Source of the DNA: Octopus vulgaris
Taxonomy: Eukaryota
NCBI GenBank assembly: GCA_951406725.2
Contig: OX597834.1
Coordinates: forward strand, 35,216,001-35,280,000
Direction: 5' to 3'
DNA length: 64,000 nucleotides
The translations under genes were made by a program, and so were the position numbers. Positions 1 through 12,101 of the stretch are shown piece by piece (the stretch's first letter is position 1; every line of letters begins with the position of its first letter). The notes under the pieces are model-generated. The model worked only from the letters and a program-made list of their open reading frames with translations. It was not told the DNA's origin and ran no database searches.

Positions 1-753
1 GGATTTATTTGGATAATACCTTACAAAATTCTGGTGCATCTGACTTAAGTACCATATTCATTTGAATCTAAATTTTGCTGAACTTTATATATATATATAT
101 ATATATATATAACGACGGGAGGGCTCTCTCATTCCTCATTCTTTCTGGTTTTCTCTACAAGCATTCTCTTTTTTTTCTCCTCCTCCTCCCTCCCGTCGTT
201 GACCCGCGACGAGGCTACTACTGTCTTTCTCACCTGGCTTCCTTCAAGTGTGGACGACTTTCCTGTCTCTCTCTTGCTGACCTCAAAAAGTGTTCAAAAT
301 ATTTTTTCTTTCGTCGTGGCTTAACAGCTCTCTGTGTTTGTGTTACTGTTATTCTCCTTGTCCTGTCTTTTACTGTTTATATTTTGTACTGTCTTTACTG
401 TCCTGTTTTTGTTACCATTTTTAATGTGTTTGAGAGAGTGGTTTCTTTGGTTTGTTTGTTCCTAAACAACACTTATTTTAGTGCTGTGGACACTGCCAGA
501 TTGAATGGTACTGGCCAGGTGTCAAAACCATAATGATATCCGTGGGGCAGCTGATGATGGAGGTATGTTGGATTGTTGGTATGCCTGTGGAATAGTATTA
601 TAACACATCCTTTTGATATATATATGTGTGTTCTGTATATAACTGTCCTCTATATCACACAGACTGTGAAATACTATTTTGTACTAAAAATTTCTTCTAT
701 TCTGAATTTAAAAGTTACAGTGTACATTGGTTTTTGTTTCCTTGTGCCTGCAG

Positions 754-908
754 ATGTCCTGAGAATGTCTCCTGGAGAAGTTTCTTCAAGAAACTCTACA
801 TAAAAGATGGCAAATATCTACCAATTTATAAACAAATCAAGCGAGCTTGGAGAACCATTGAGAATTATATAGAAACAAATGTACCTCTCTTGAAGAATTC
901 CTTGGCTG
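754..908 (+). CDS. FBXO3: FBXO3-like coding exon (first visible; F-box exon(s) lie upstream of window)
   Basis: cctgcag|...GCTG|gtaagt; encodes CPENVSWRSFFKKLYIKDGKYLPIYKQIKRAWRTIENYIETNVPLLKNSLA, matching the FBXO3 segment (WKSLF...IKKAW...) before the SMI1/KNR4 domain. Confidence 0.85.
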
Positions 909-927
909 GTAAGTCTACATCCATTCA

Positions 928-960
<33 letters not shown>

Positions 961-1218
961 TCATTAACTTCCACTTTTCCATCCTTGCAAATGGAATTTG
1001 CTGAGGCTGGTTTTTCTTTGACCAGATGCCCTTTCCAGTTGCCAGACCACTCCTGTTCCCAAGCAAGGTGATATTTTTCTCATGGTCAGACATGTCTTCT
1101 ATGGCGGACTAGAAACAAATATTGCTTGTATGACAGGAATGCTCATTTAAAACCATCATGTGGTGTCATGACAAGGGTACACACACACACACACCCGCAA
1201 TGTATATAGTATCATTAT

Positions 1219-1557
1219 AGGCGCATGACTCAGTGGTTAGAGCTTCGGGCTCACAATCATAAGGCAGTGAGTTCGATTCCCGGACCGGGCTGTGTGTTGT
1301 GTTCTTGAGCAAGACACTTTATTTCACGTTGCTCCAGTTCCACTCAGCTGTAGAAATGAGTTACGACATCACTGGTACCAAGCTGTATTGGCCCCTTTGC
1401 CTTTCCCTTGGATAACATCGGTGGTATGGAGAAGAGAGGCTGGTATGCATGGGCGACTGCTGGTCTTCCATAAACAACCTTGCCTGGACTTGTGCCTCGA
1501 AGAGGAACTTTCTAGGTGCAATCCCATGGTCATTCATGACTGAAGGGAGCTTCACTC
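1219..1557 (+). mobile_element. tRNA-derived SINE (related copy 51215-51520 on - strand)
   Basis: A box TGACTCAGTGGTTAGAGC and B box GTTCGATTCCC, followed by a body shared with other copies in the window. Confidence 0.75.
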
Positions 1558-1629
1558 TTTTAAATAGTACCTTTATTAAGAAGGCTAATATCAGTGGCCT
1601 GTCAATGGGGACCTCAGTCCACACGGCAT

Positions 1630-1832
1630 CACAGTAGCAGTAACATAGTCAACTGCTACAAAGGTAAAGGTGACACTTTAGATACAAATAATTACAGAGG
1701 TATCAAGTTGTTGGATCAGGTAATGAAGGTCACGGAGAGGTTCATAGCCCAACTAATTAGGGAGAGAGTCAGTCTAGATGAGATGCAGTTTGGGTTTGTG
1801 CCAGGGAAAAGCACCACTGATGCTATATTTCT
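1630..1832 (+). mobile_element. RTE-type LINE reverse transcriptase fragment
   Basis: YKGKGD...NYRGIKLL...QFGFVPGKSTTDAIF, typical non-LTR RT N-terminal motifs. Confidence 0.85.
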
Positions 1833-2137
1833 GGACTATGGCCATTGCTAGAGAGAGAGCACCAACTTCAAGAATTGTTAATTTTATTTTTAGTAGATTA
1901 CATTTGGTCCCAGTATTTTGTCTGTCTGGTATTGGTTTTCTTGATTTCTTGAGAACCAAACAGTCAAGTGAGTACCATAGACCAGTGATTCCCAAACTTT
2001 CCCAAGGTGCTGTACAGTAGGACCGAACCCAAACTCACATGGTTGCAAAGCGAGCTTCTTAACCGCACAGCCATGACTGGCAGTTCTTGCTTTATTACTG
2101 TTTCTATAAGTTTTTAATAATTGTTGCATTGTTGTAG

Positions 2138-2255
2138 GTCCAGCTGGAGAGAAGGAACTTGCTGAAGCTGAAGAATACATTGGATGTCCCCTACCGAAAG
2201 ATCTAAGATGCTCCCTGAGCTTTCACAATGGAGAATCCCTAACAGAATATCTAGG
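2138..2255 (+). CDS. FBXO3: FBXO3-like exon, SMI1/KNR4 domain
   Basis: ttgtag|...|gtaagt, phase-compatible; GPAGEKELAEAEEYIGCPLPKDLRCSLSFHNGESL resembles FBXO3 'E..IGCKLP.DYRCS..IHNG'. Confidence 0.9.
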
Positions 2256-3687
2256 GTAAGTAATTGCCGTCTGTAATTTGGATATAAACTCAGCGAATAT
2301 TTTATGGGAGTGAGTTAGTTAATTACATTGACTCCCAGAACTTGACTGGTATTTTGTTTCCTTCACCCCAGAAGGATAAAAGGCAAAATTGATTTCAGCA
2401 GGGTTCGAAATCAGAATGTGAAACCCCATAACTAAATACCAGAAAGCATTTTGTCCAACGATTTGACCATTCTGTCAGTCCATCACCCTTCATGCCTATC
2501 TACTGCCATTGGTCAGAAGTAGTAGTACTAGTAGTCATCATCGTTTAACGTCCGTTTTCCATGCTAGCATGGGTTGGATGGTTCGACCGGTGTCTGAGAA
2601 GCCAGGAAGCTGCACCAGGCTCCAGTCAGTGTTTCTACAACTGGATGCCCCTCCTAATGCCAACCACTGTCAGTATAGTGGGTGCCTTTTTACATGCCAG
2701 GGGAGGCTGGCCACAGCCACAATCAGTTGGTGCTTTTTACGTGTCACCAGCACATAGATAATAATAATAATCCTTTCTATTATAGGTACAAGGCCTGAAA
2801 TTTGAAGGTAGGGGATTAGTTGATTACATAAACCCCAGTATTTCACCGGTACTTAATTTATTGACCTCAAAAGGATCAAAGGCAAATTTGACCTTAGCAG
2901 TATTTGAACTCGGAATGTAGTGATGGGTGAAATATTGCTGAGCATTTCATCCAGCGTGCTAATGCTTCTGCCAGCTCACTGCTTTAGTCATAATAATAAT
3001 AATAATTCTGTGTACCAAATCTTCTTGCAAGGCTTTGGTTGGCCTGGGGCTTTCATTGGACTTTTCGTGGCTACAGTCTTGCCAGGTGCATAGTTTGCCC
3101 GCCCATGTGCAGGATGTTTTTATGAGACGACCAGTGTTGGTGTGTTTACATCCCCATAACTTAGCAGTTTACTCTTTTACTTGTTTCAGTCATTTGACTG
3201 CGGCCATGCTGGAGCACCGCCTTTAGTCGAGCAAATCAACCCCAGGACTTATTCTTTGTAAGCCCAGTACTTATTCTGTCGGTCTCTTTTGCTGAACTGC
3301 TAAGTTACACCAGCATCAGTTGTCAAGCAATGTTGGGGGGACATTTTAGTTTGTTTGAAACATTGAAGAATTTAAAAAGAAAACAGACAGCTCCTGACAA
3401 CAGGGGAAGTTTCAGGCACAAAGGCCCATTTTCAGAAGAAAAGAGCAGTCTAAGAAAAATTCAGTTATGTAGGATTCGTTAACCCATTCGAATTTGAATG
3501 GATTAATGGATCCTAACTAACTGAACTTCTATTTTTAGACTGTTCTTTTCTTCTGAATATGGACCTTTGTGCTTGAAATATTATTTTATCAAACTTCCCT
3601 TGTTGTCAGGAGCTGTCTGTTTTCTCTTTTTTTTTTTTTAATTCCAAAATGTTTGTTATGACAATGTATCTCTGTGTCTCCTTCCAG

Positions 3688-3769
3688 AGTTTTGGGAATG
3701 GTACAAATAGCTGACCATGCAGTCTGTGAGAAACTTCTTCCACTTGCTTCCATAAGGATGAGTTATGCG
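3688..3769 (+). CDS. FBXO3: FBXO3-like exon
   Basis: cttccag|...|gtaaga; VLGMVQIADHAVCEKLLPLASIRMSYA; phase fits both neighbours. Confidence 0.8.
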
Positions 3770-4630
3770 GTAAGAGTTGACTTCTTTATTGATGCAATGT
3801 TTTTCATCATCATCATTGTTGTCGTTTTAATGTTCACTTGGAGGCAGATTGTTTATGGCTGGATGCCCTTCCTGTCACCAACCCTCACCTGTTTCCATGT
3901 TAGGTAACATTCACCCCTAGGGGCCAGACATGTTTACATGACAGATTGGAAATGAATTCTGCTTGTACAACGGTAACAACTATCACAAGATGTCAAAATA
4001 AGAAGACACCATCTCTCTCACACACACTCATTCATGTGAGGAAGTCACGTATTCACCCCTTCATGAACCTTTGTGTGTTTCCAAGTGAAGTGATATTTCC
4101 CCGTGGACAAAAATGTTTCCACGGAAGCCAAACGAAGGAACTGCTCCCAACATGATAGCATTCATTTACAACTGTCATACGATGTCAAGGCAAGGAGACT
4201 GGCACACACACATATATATATGTGCATGCACTCACACCCATGCATGGTGAGCTTCTTTCAGTTTCCATCTACCAACTCCACTCTTGAGGCTTTGCTCAGC
4301 CTGGGGCTATAGCTGAGGACATCTACCCAAAGTGCACCCCAGAACCATATGATTGGAAAGCAAACTTCTCAACCACACAGCCATGCCTCCACCTATATAA
4401 ATGTAATTACCAATATTTCTAATGACTTTTAGGCACACAACATTTCGTTATGCAACCACAATTTGTTACAAAGTATATTAAACATTTTCATAAGCCAATA
4501 CCATGTCCTGCTGTGTTAGCAGTGCGCTTAAACCATGTGTTACAGTCAAAAAATACGTAGAGATGACCATAACACAATATTTCCAATAATCTTGTTTCTT
4601 CTTTCTCTTTCTGATGTCATCATGCTTTAG

Positions 4631-4784
4631 GAACGTGGGATGCTTCGTGGATGTTGCCAAATCACTGACTGTTCCAGGTCGAATGTCTGCCAGTATCTGG
4701 TAATCTCCGATAAGTGTGACCTGCCAGTCAGCACCATCTTCTACCACGTCCATTATGTACAACGAGGGAATGTATTTATTTCAG
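4631..4784 (+). CDS. FBXO3: FBXO3-like exon
   Basis: ctttag|...|gtaaga; ERGMLRGCCQITDCSRSNVCQYLVISDKCDLPVSTIFYHVHYVQRGNVFIS, open frame, phase 0 to 1. Confidence 0.8.
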
Positions 4785-5559
4785 GTAAGAACAACATTGT
4801 TTAGATCAATGGTTCTTATGACCTTTGGGGGTCCATATTACGACACTGTCGTAATAAATTAGTTATAATCCTACAATGCACAAAATATTTTAACAAATAT
4901 TTTTATAGAATTTGTAATGATATTTAATTACAAAAGTATAATTGAATTTTTTTGAAGATCAAATAGCTATAAGGGCCGCATCCCCTGAGTAAAACAGTTC
5001 CTGTCTAACTATTGCCAGGATCAAAAACGTTAGTTAAGTAATAATAATAATGATTTCAAACTTTGGCATGAGGCCGGCAAGTTTAAGGGAGGGACTAGGT
5101 CAAGTATATTGACCCCAGTGCTCAACTGGTAATTATTTTATCAACCCCAAAAGGGGTGAAAGGCAAAGTTGAGCTTGGCAGAATTCGAACTCAGAACGTA
5201 AAGGCGAATGGAGTGCCACTTAGCAATTGTCCCAGCATGCTAACGATTCTGCCAGCTCACTGCCTTAATAATAATAATGATGATGACGACCACTATTATT
5301 ATAATTTATGACGGCCTTCCACTTACAAGGCAATTATTGGCTCCAGGCTAGAGTAGGAAACACTTGCTGCCCAAGGTGTCATGCTGAGAGACTGAACCAT
5401 AAATTTTGTAGTTATAAAAGAAGCTTCTGAACTGCACTGCCACACTTGTGCCTCTGAAGCAAAATTATAAATTTTTTTAAGCCTTAACAACAAAGAAATT
5501 TCTTTTATGTCTGATTTGAATGTTTTTTTCTTCTTCTTAATTTATTCCTCTTGTCACAG

Positions 5560-5644
5560 CAAACTCCTATCTACGGTGGCTCACACAATTTGCAGAGACC
5601 TTGCAAAACGGTCGCTTCTCCATTATTGACAACAAAATGTATCG
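5560..5644 (+). CDS. FBXO3: FBXO3-like exon
   Basis: tcacag|...|gtgagt; ANSYLRWLTQFAETLQNGRFSIIDNKMYR, similar to FBXO3 'ATFTDWFTSY...GGFPIIRDQIFR'. Confidence 0.85.
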
Positions 5645-6461
5645 GTGAGTTACAACAATTACATCCTTTTTATTTTGCTTGTTTCACTCGTTTGACTGTG
5701 GCCATGCTGGGGCATCACCTCGAAGAGTTTTAGTCAAACAAATCAACCCCAGCATTTCTTTTTTATTTAAAAAAAAATTTTAATGCCTGGTACTTATTCT
5801 GTTGGTCTCTTTTGCCAAACCACTAAGTTACGGGGATGACAAACAAAAAAACACATAGATGTACACGCATATATATACAATGGGCTTCTTTCAGTTTCTG
5901 CCTACCAAATCCACTCACAAGGCTTTGGTTGGCCCTAGGCTGTCGTAAAAGATACTTGCTTAAGGTGCTATGTGGTGGGACTGAACCTGGAACCATGTGG
6001 TTGGGATGCAAGCTTCTTACCACACAGACATTTTCTTTATGATTGATTTACTCAGAGGAAGAAGTACTGTGCCATGGAAGGTATCTGCTTTGGTTGAAGT
6101 AAGGAAAAGAATAGAGATGGATAAATGTATGTCACTTGATGTAGTGAAAAAGGGAGTTGTATGTCTTAGTTGCTTTATGGTACGGAAACTGGAACGAAAC
6201 ATTGATTGTGTGGTTTATTTCGATTTGTGAAACTTTACTTATATTTAACCCTTTAGTCTTCAGATTATTCTGTCAAATGTAATCCTTATTTATCCACATT
6301 GTTTTCGATTAATCATGCATTATCTTGTAGCTTCAAGATTTCAATAATGTGACTGTTTAAGTTTAGAATGACATTGTAACAGAAGTGTAAGAGGCCAGTT
6401 TGAACATAAAACAGGTAGAATATTTGGGGGTGGACTTAGCTAGTTTAAATGGCAAAGGATT

Positions 6462-6790
6462 GACCTGATGGCTTCACCCTGTGGTCCTGGTTGAGAGACA
6501 GATGCCTTGTCTAGGAAGTCACAGTTAGCGACTCCTTTGCTTCTTCTCATCCTGGATGCTGCAACCAGAGCGAGATCCACAGCTTCTGCAGCTGAGTGGA
6601 ACAAAATCCTGAAGTACTGCAATCTGTCAGCCAACTACATTTTCCATCCTGTGGCATTCGAGACGTTTGGTGGGGTCGGACCACTGACTGCGAGGTTCCT
6701 GTCTTCACTGGCAGCTCACCACGCAGAGCTAACTGGTGAAGCTTGTGATGGTGCTTGGTTGTTCCAGTGCATCAGCCTTGCCATTAGAGA
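6462..6790 (+). mobile_element. CRE/R2-like non-LTR retrotransposon C-terminal (restriction-like endonuclease) fragment
   Basis: decayed PDG..., AAE..K..KY..L...YIF.PVAFETFG..G...FL...TGE.....LFQ.ISLAI motif. Confidence 0.65.
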
Positions 6791-7625
6791 CTATTGAGCT
6801 CCCAAATTTTCAACCTAAGGTGGGGAATTGTTTTTGTTTTTTTACTTCTCACTCCTACGTATATATTTAACTCTAAGAATAATAAACGGCCACATTTGAC
6901 CTTTTTTTTTATTCTTAAACTGAAAAATATGAGGAAATTAACGACGGTGTGCATTAGTAAGTACAATATGATGAAAGACACTGTCCTAAAACGTCTTTTG
7001 TCATTTTTACTACAAAAGTAACTTTGAAATTGTCAAACATCATAAAGATTGGTTTCCATTATGTTCAACGCAAGGGAAATAACTCTTCCTTGACTCGTGG
7101 GTGCCATTGTAGTTGTTAGGTTAAGACCGGCACTCCGTCGGTTACGACGACGAGTGTTCCAGCTGATCCAATCAACGGAGCAGCCTGCTCGTGAAATTAA
7201 CGTGCAAGTGGCTGAGCACTTCACAGACATATCTGTCTACCTGTCTCTGAATTTTTTTTTGCCTTTCCCATCTATATCATTCATTGATATTTCATACACA
7301 TTCGCATTTGATACCATAGTTTCAAAAGAAAAGAACAAACCCTAAAATGTTTATTGCAATTGACTAGAAAAGGATAAATATTCTTTTTTTTTCAGCAATC
7401 TCCATTTGAGACTTTTTGAAAAATTTATCGTTATTTCCAAAATAATTCACATATGAAGACAATTTAAATACTATAAATTATATTAACTCCTAAGATACCT
7501 GGCAAAGCCCCCAAAATATGAATAAAATAATTTGGCAGTTAATGGATTAATTTCATCAGAAATATTGCTATGAAAGTATTAAACAATCCTAACTGCTTTA
7601 GTTATTATTATTTTGTTTTTTCCAG

Positions 7626-7760
7626 ATTTTACCATGAACCTGGTACCGTTGCAGTGACTGATAACATGTTCTCTGTAAAAGTCAGCACCTGTTTCCACCC
7701 AGAACTTAGCATGATAAGCATGACAAGTCCACCGGAGTTTTTTTTCACATATCGCATCAC
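7626..7760 (+). CDS. FBXO3: FBXO3-like exon, start of ApaG domain
   Basis: tttccag|...|gtaagt; FYHEPGTVAVTDNMFSVKVSTCFHPELSMISMTSPPEFFFTYRIT (ApaG 'V.VST.F.PELS...FFTYRI'). Confidence 0.92.
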
Positions 7761-8092
7761 GTAAGTCTCTCTCTCTCTTATATTCTGTCTTGCTGGAATT
7801 TTCAAAAGAATATAAAATCTGCAACGAGGATGGTAATATGGAGCAGTTCTAGCAGACAACAGTCAGGTGGAATTCATTGAAGCAGGGCTCCTTGTGGCTG
7901 GACATGTTTTCTTTTACAGAAGATTGGAAACAAATGACATGCCCAGCCACGAGGAAACAGGGATGGCATCCAGCTATAGAAAATCTGCTTCAATGAATTC
8001 CACCTGACCCACGCAAGCATGGAAAAGTAGACGTTAAAACGATGATGATAAAGGACATTTGTTCATAAACTTTATTTTTTGTTGTTTCATAG

Positions 8093-8208
8093 GATGTCCA
8101 TGTTTGAAGACGCACCAAAATCTAAATCATGTCAGTTAATCTCTCGGCATTGGATTAGCACCGACGAAAATGGAATAGAAGACCGAATCAGTGGACCAGG
8201 TGTTGTAG
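8093..8208 (+). CDS. FBXO3: FBXO3-like exon, ApaG domain
   Basis: tcatag|...|gtaaag; MSMFEDAPKSKSCQLISRHWISTDENGIEDRISGPGVVG contains the ApaG motifs QL.SR.W and GxGVVG. Confidence 0.92.
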
Positions 8209-9337
8209 GTAAAGTAATCTTTGTTTCTTTCATCATTTAACATCCGCTTTTCCAGCTGGTACGGTCAAGGCTTGCACCAGGCTTTACTGTTTATTCTGGA
8301 TTGGTTTCTATGGTTACATGCCCTTCCTAATGTCAATCATTTTACGGAATGTGCTGGGCGATTTTATGCAACGCCAGCATCAATTCTGCTGTGGTGGACA
8401 TGTCTTAGTACAGCAAAGCCACCAGATATCTCAGCCTTTTGTTGTCTCCTTCACAAGGCTCATCCAGTATTTATTATATTCCATTGTTACCTTGGCTTGA
8501 AATAGAAAAGGCCGACCAAAGCCTCGTGAATGGATTTACTGTACATATTTTCGGATGGATCGCATTATAATTTGGGGAGTTACATTATACTTAAGGTTTG
8601 CAATTACCAAAATTTTAAAACTGAAAAGCCCAGGCCCAGAGTACGCGCCCGCCGTCTACTTCAGACGTCCAGTGGATAGGTTGCACCACTAATCTTTATC
8701 GAAATACAATAAGTGGAAGGCATATATTTTAAATAAGAGCCAAGCCTCCCATTGTTTGTCACTTCCTAAAGAATCGGGCATGATACGCCTTAACAATTAA
8801 CGTTTGTCATTTTTCTAAGCAATTATTACTGTTTGTTCAATCATCAAAATTCCGGCCAGCACAGTAAACAAATATACTTCCCTGAGGATAATCTTAACAC
8901 TAAGAATATCTCTAGAGTTGTCTCCCCTACTTGCCAACTATTTATTAACTTAGTGACGTCGTTTCCGAGTCAGCCTTAAAAGATCCTAACCGTCAGCGGA
9001 TGTAAAGATGAAACGTCTTTAATGGAGATAAAGACTACGGCATCAAGGCAAAATGTAAAGAAAACTAGTGTAATCTGAGTGAATGCATGCATCCTCGTTT
9101 AACGTCCGCTTTCAATGTTGGCATGGGTTGGACGGTTTGACTGAAGGCTGCACCAGGCTCCAATCTGATCTGGTAGAGTTTCTGCAACTGGATGCCCTTC
9201 CTAACGCTAGCCACTCCAAGTGTAGTGGGTGGTTTTTATGCCAGTTAGGCGGCAGTGGTGCTTTTTACGTGTCACCGGCAGCACTGGCAACGACCACACA
9301 ATATTAAAATTTTAAAAAATCACCTCTTCCTTTGCAG

Positions 9338-9451
9338 GTAAATACCCTATAATGAGACCTGGAGTTGAATTTTCGTGGGTTAGTTGTGTCACCTTCAATA
9401 CAACATATGGAAATATGGTGGGCTTTTTCACAATGCTCATCTATGCAACAG
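9338..9451 (+). CDS. FBXO3: FBXO3-like exon, ApaG domain
   Basis: tttgcag|...|gtaagt; KYPIMRPGVEFSWVSCVTFNTTYGNMVGFFTM (ApaG 'P.I.PG....Y.S......G.M.G'). Confidence 0.92.
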
Positions 9452-10458
9452 GTAAGTGATAATTTCTTTTATATTCTAAACCTTTTCTTCTTTTTTCACA
9501 CCACTTAGAAGTTCTTAAAAATAGAAGCCCTTTTCATAAAGTGTAAGGAAAGAAATCCATTAATTTCTTATATAATTGTCTACAATGCAGAAAAAAAAAA
9601 AAAGTGAAATAGTGCAACATCTTACAAACATTTTCCATCTAATTAACTCTTCTCTGTCACCCCAAATTTGTAGCCTGGTAAGAAAGTAGTGTGTTCATTT
9701 GACCTTTTCCATCCATTAGCATTCTGAAACCTTGTTACGGTTATCTCTCCAAATGTTCTATACAAATTATAGCCAGCACATGTATCTGAGATATCAGATG
9801 AAAAAAATGGATAATGGGCATGTATGTCATATTGTGGGAGCTTTTGCTCCTTCATCAGCAACCACCTAACCCCTAAAGCACCCACAAACACATTCACTAT
9901 TGTGGCAACTTGTTATTTAAACTACTTAAACAGTTTCCAGCTTCAAAAGCTGACGAACCAAACTTCAAGAGACCCATGCTTCACAACCACATTGTTTCAG
10001 GTTCAATCACATTGCATAGCACCTTGGGCAAGGCCCAACTTGACCAAAGGAAAATTGTGTGCTAGTTGTAAATGAGAGTCACTGTCATACAAGCAGAGTC
10101 TCTCTGGCAAGAAGAGCATCTGGTAGAAAATCTGCCTCAATAAACTTCGTCTGACTTGTGCAAACACACAAGGGTAGAATAGACAGTGTTGATGATGTCA
10201 TTGCCGAGGTTTTGATCCACATCAACAAGCCAAGACGCTTCTGAATTATAGGACCTAACATAAGCAACATTTCATTGAAGCAGTTTATATGGCAGAAACA
10301 GGGATCAAATAGCAGGTGTTATATTAAGTTTCATGCTGCCTGTAGGATTTTAATATCATTTGATCCGTTTTTGCCATATAAACTGCTTCAATGAAATGTT
10401 GCTTATGTTATCCTGTTTATTTCCAACCCATATAAATCACTTCTCTTTTACTTCACAG

Positions 10459-10544
10459 ATGAACTGATAAGAATCCAGTGTCCTCGCTTTCACATGAAGT
10501 GCCTCCCGTATATCACAGAAGAAGAGAGAAAAAAACGATTATGA
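10459..10544 (+). CDS. FBXO3: FBXO3-like last coding exon
   Basis: ttcacag|; DELIRIQCPRFHMKCLPYITEEERKKRL*, contains FBXO3 'PRFHM.C'; TGA at 10542-10544. Confidence 0.9.
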
Positions 10545-11389
10545 GCCCTGTTCATTTCAAAATTCAATTTCATTTCATTAAATTACTAAAATCTTTATAT
10601 ACTAACTTGAAAGTTGAACTTTTCTTATTAACACACATGTAATTATAAACTTTTTTCATGCCAAAACTGAATTGCTATGTGCAGTAAAACTCTGACGATC
10701 AGCCGAATATAATAGGGCAACCTAGTTTTTAAAATTTCCCCTCAAAAATTCAAATTTGGCAAACAAAAGGGTTGACCCTTTTGTTGCCAAAATTGTTTGC
10801 ATAAAAAACCTCCTTTTTGCATTAAATGGCTGTGATGTAAGGATAATTTCATGTAAGTAGCTGGCTTGAATATTGATAGCGAAGGGAATTCCAGTAAAGA
10901 TACCCTTGGGCCACATTTAAGCCGAGACACAAGGATGGGTACAGCTCATTCAGGACCTGCTCTAAAGAGTGGAAGATGAAATCCTTGAGTAAACCATTAC
11001 GGTTACACCAATATTTTTAATTGACTCTTAAAATACTGACTTCTGTGACATGCTTATTAAATTCATCAGTATTTTGGGAATTAATTGGAACAAAGATAGA
11101 GTATGTCAATAGAAATATGGTAGAAAAAGGCATTACCTGCACTGAAGCTGTGAACCCATTCACTGTGAAAGAGACATACAAATCCATCCCTTTCTGAACA
11201 CTGGGTACCCACACACCTTCCTTTCCATGCCCCCCACCCTCCATGTCGATCACTTTCAGAAATGTAAATAGTTACACCAAGATACTATCTCTATAGACTT
11301 TGGCCAATAAATCTTCCCACCTGGACTGGATTTGAAACACAGGGGTTTAAAAAACGAAATAAAACAAGAAACAATAGTTCTCTTTCACA

Positions 11390-11395
11390 TTTATT
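11390..11395 (-). terminator. RPL36A polyadenylation signal
   Basis: AATAAA on the minus strand 14 nt after the stop, followed by a T/GT-rich downstream element. Confidence 0.75.
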
Positions 11396-11408
11396 CCTAA
11401 GAAACACT

Positions 11409-11429
11409 TTAAAACTGAATCATCTGGCC
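11409..11429 (-). CDS. RPL36A: 60S ribosomal protein L36a (eL42/L44) exon 5
   Basis: minus strand tttcatttcag|GGC CAG ATG ATT CAG TTT TAA = GQMIQF*, the canonical eL42 C-terminus; AATAAA follows at 11390-11395. Confidence 0.9.
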   Translation of the reverse strand, partial: GQMIQF

Positions 11430-12101
11430 CTGAAATGAAAGAGAAAAATGCTTTCAGTAAAAAGAAATATATACACATGTACATCGCAAATATATACACA
11501 CAAAGTTAGACATTAAAACCAACTGACTAGTTTCTCTCATGCTTATTCTCAGGATTGTAATTGCCCACAGCTGAAAGCTCACAAGTTTTTGAGAACAGCC
11601 TAATCATAATTTGTTATACACAGAAAGAGATGCAAATGTAACTGAAGCCAATAAGATTTATCTACTGTTTAGCCCTGGGCAGCAATGCAACAGCACTCAA
11701 TCCATAGCAGTAGCTCCCGCTTTTTTGTTGTTGTCGAGGGACCCCTTTGATTCCTGTTCTATTCTCCTGGAACTCCATAGCCATTCGATGTACATAAAAT
11801 AAGACAACCAGTGTGTCTATGTATGCCTTATGATGCTGAAGCAGGTTGGATGGGGTGACATTGCTCCACAGACACAGCAGTCTGTCACATGAAGGAAAAA
11901 CAGAAGAGCTTCTCCTGCCACACTAATCATGGGGGATAAAATAACTTGGAAACCAAAGCGTATTCTCTTATTCAACAGACATGATGTAAAAAAAACCTAA
12001 TCTATTTCTCTAAACACCAAAACTTCAAATATCTCTGGTTGAAGAAAAAACATGTAACAGATGACAGCAAGCCACCAGAGAAATACAACCCAAAGGAAAA
12101 G

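Noticed and set aside
75-533. 152-aa hydrophobic ORF
   Set aside because: Starts in a (TA)n tract within an FBXO3 intron; the hydrophobicity reflects T-rich composition.
1219-1295. tRNA gene
   Set aside because: A and B boxes are present, but they form the head of a multi-copy SINE and no intact cloverleaf is seen.
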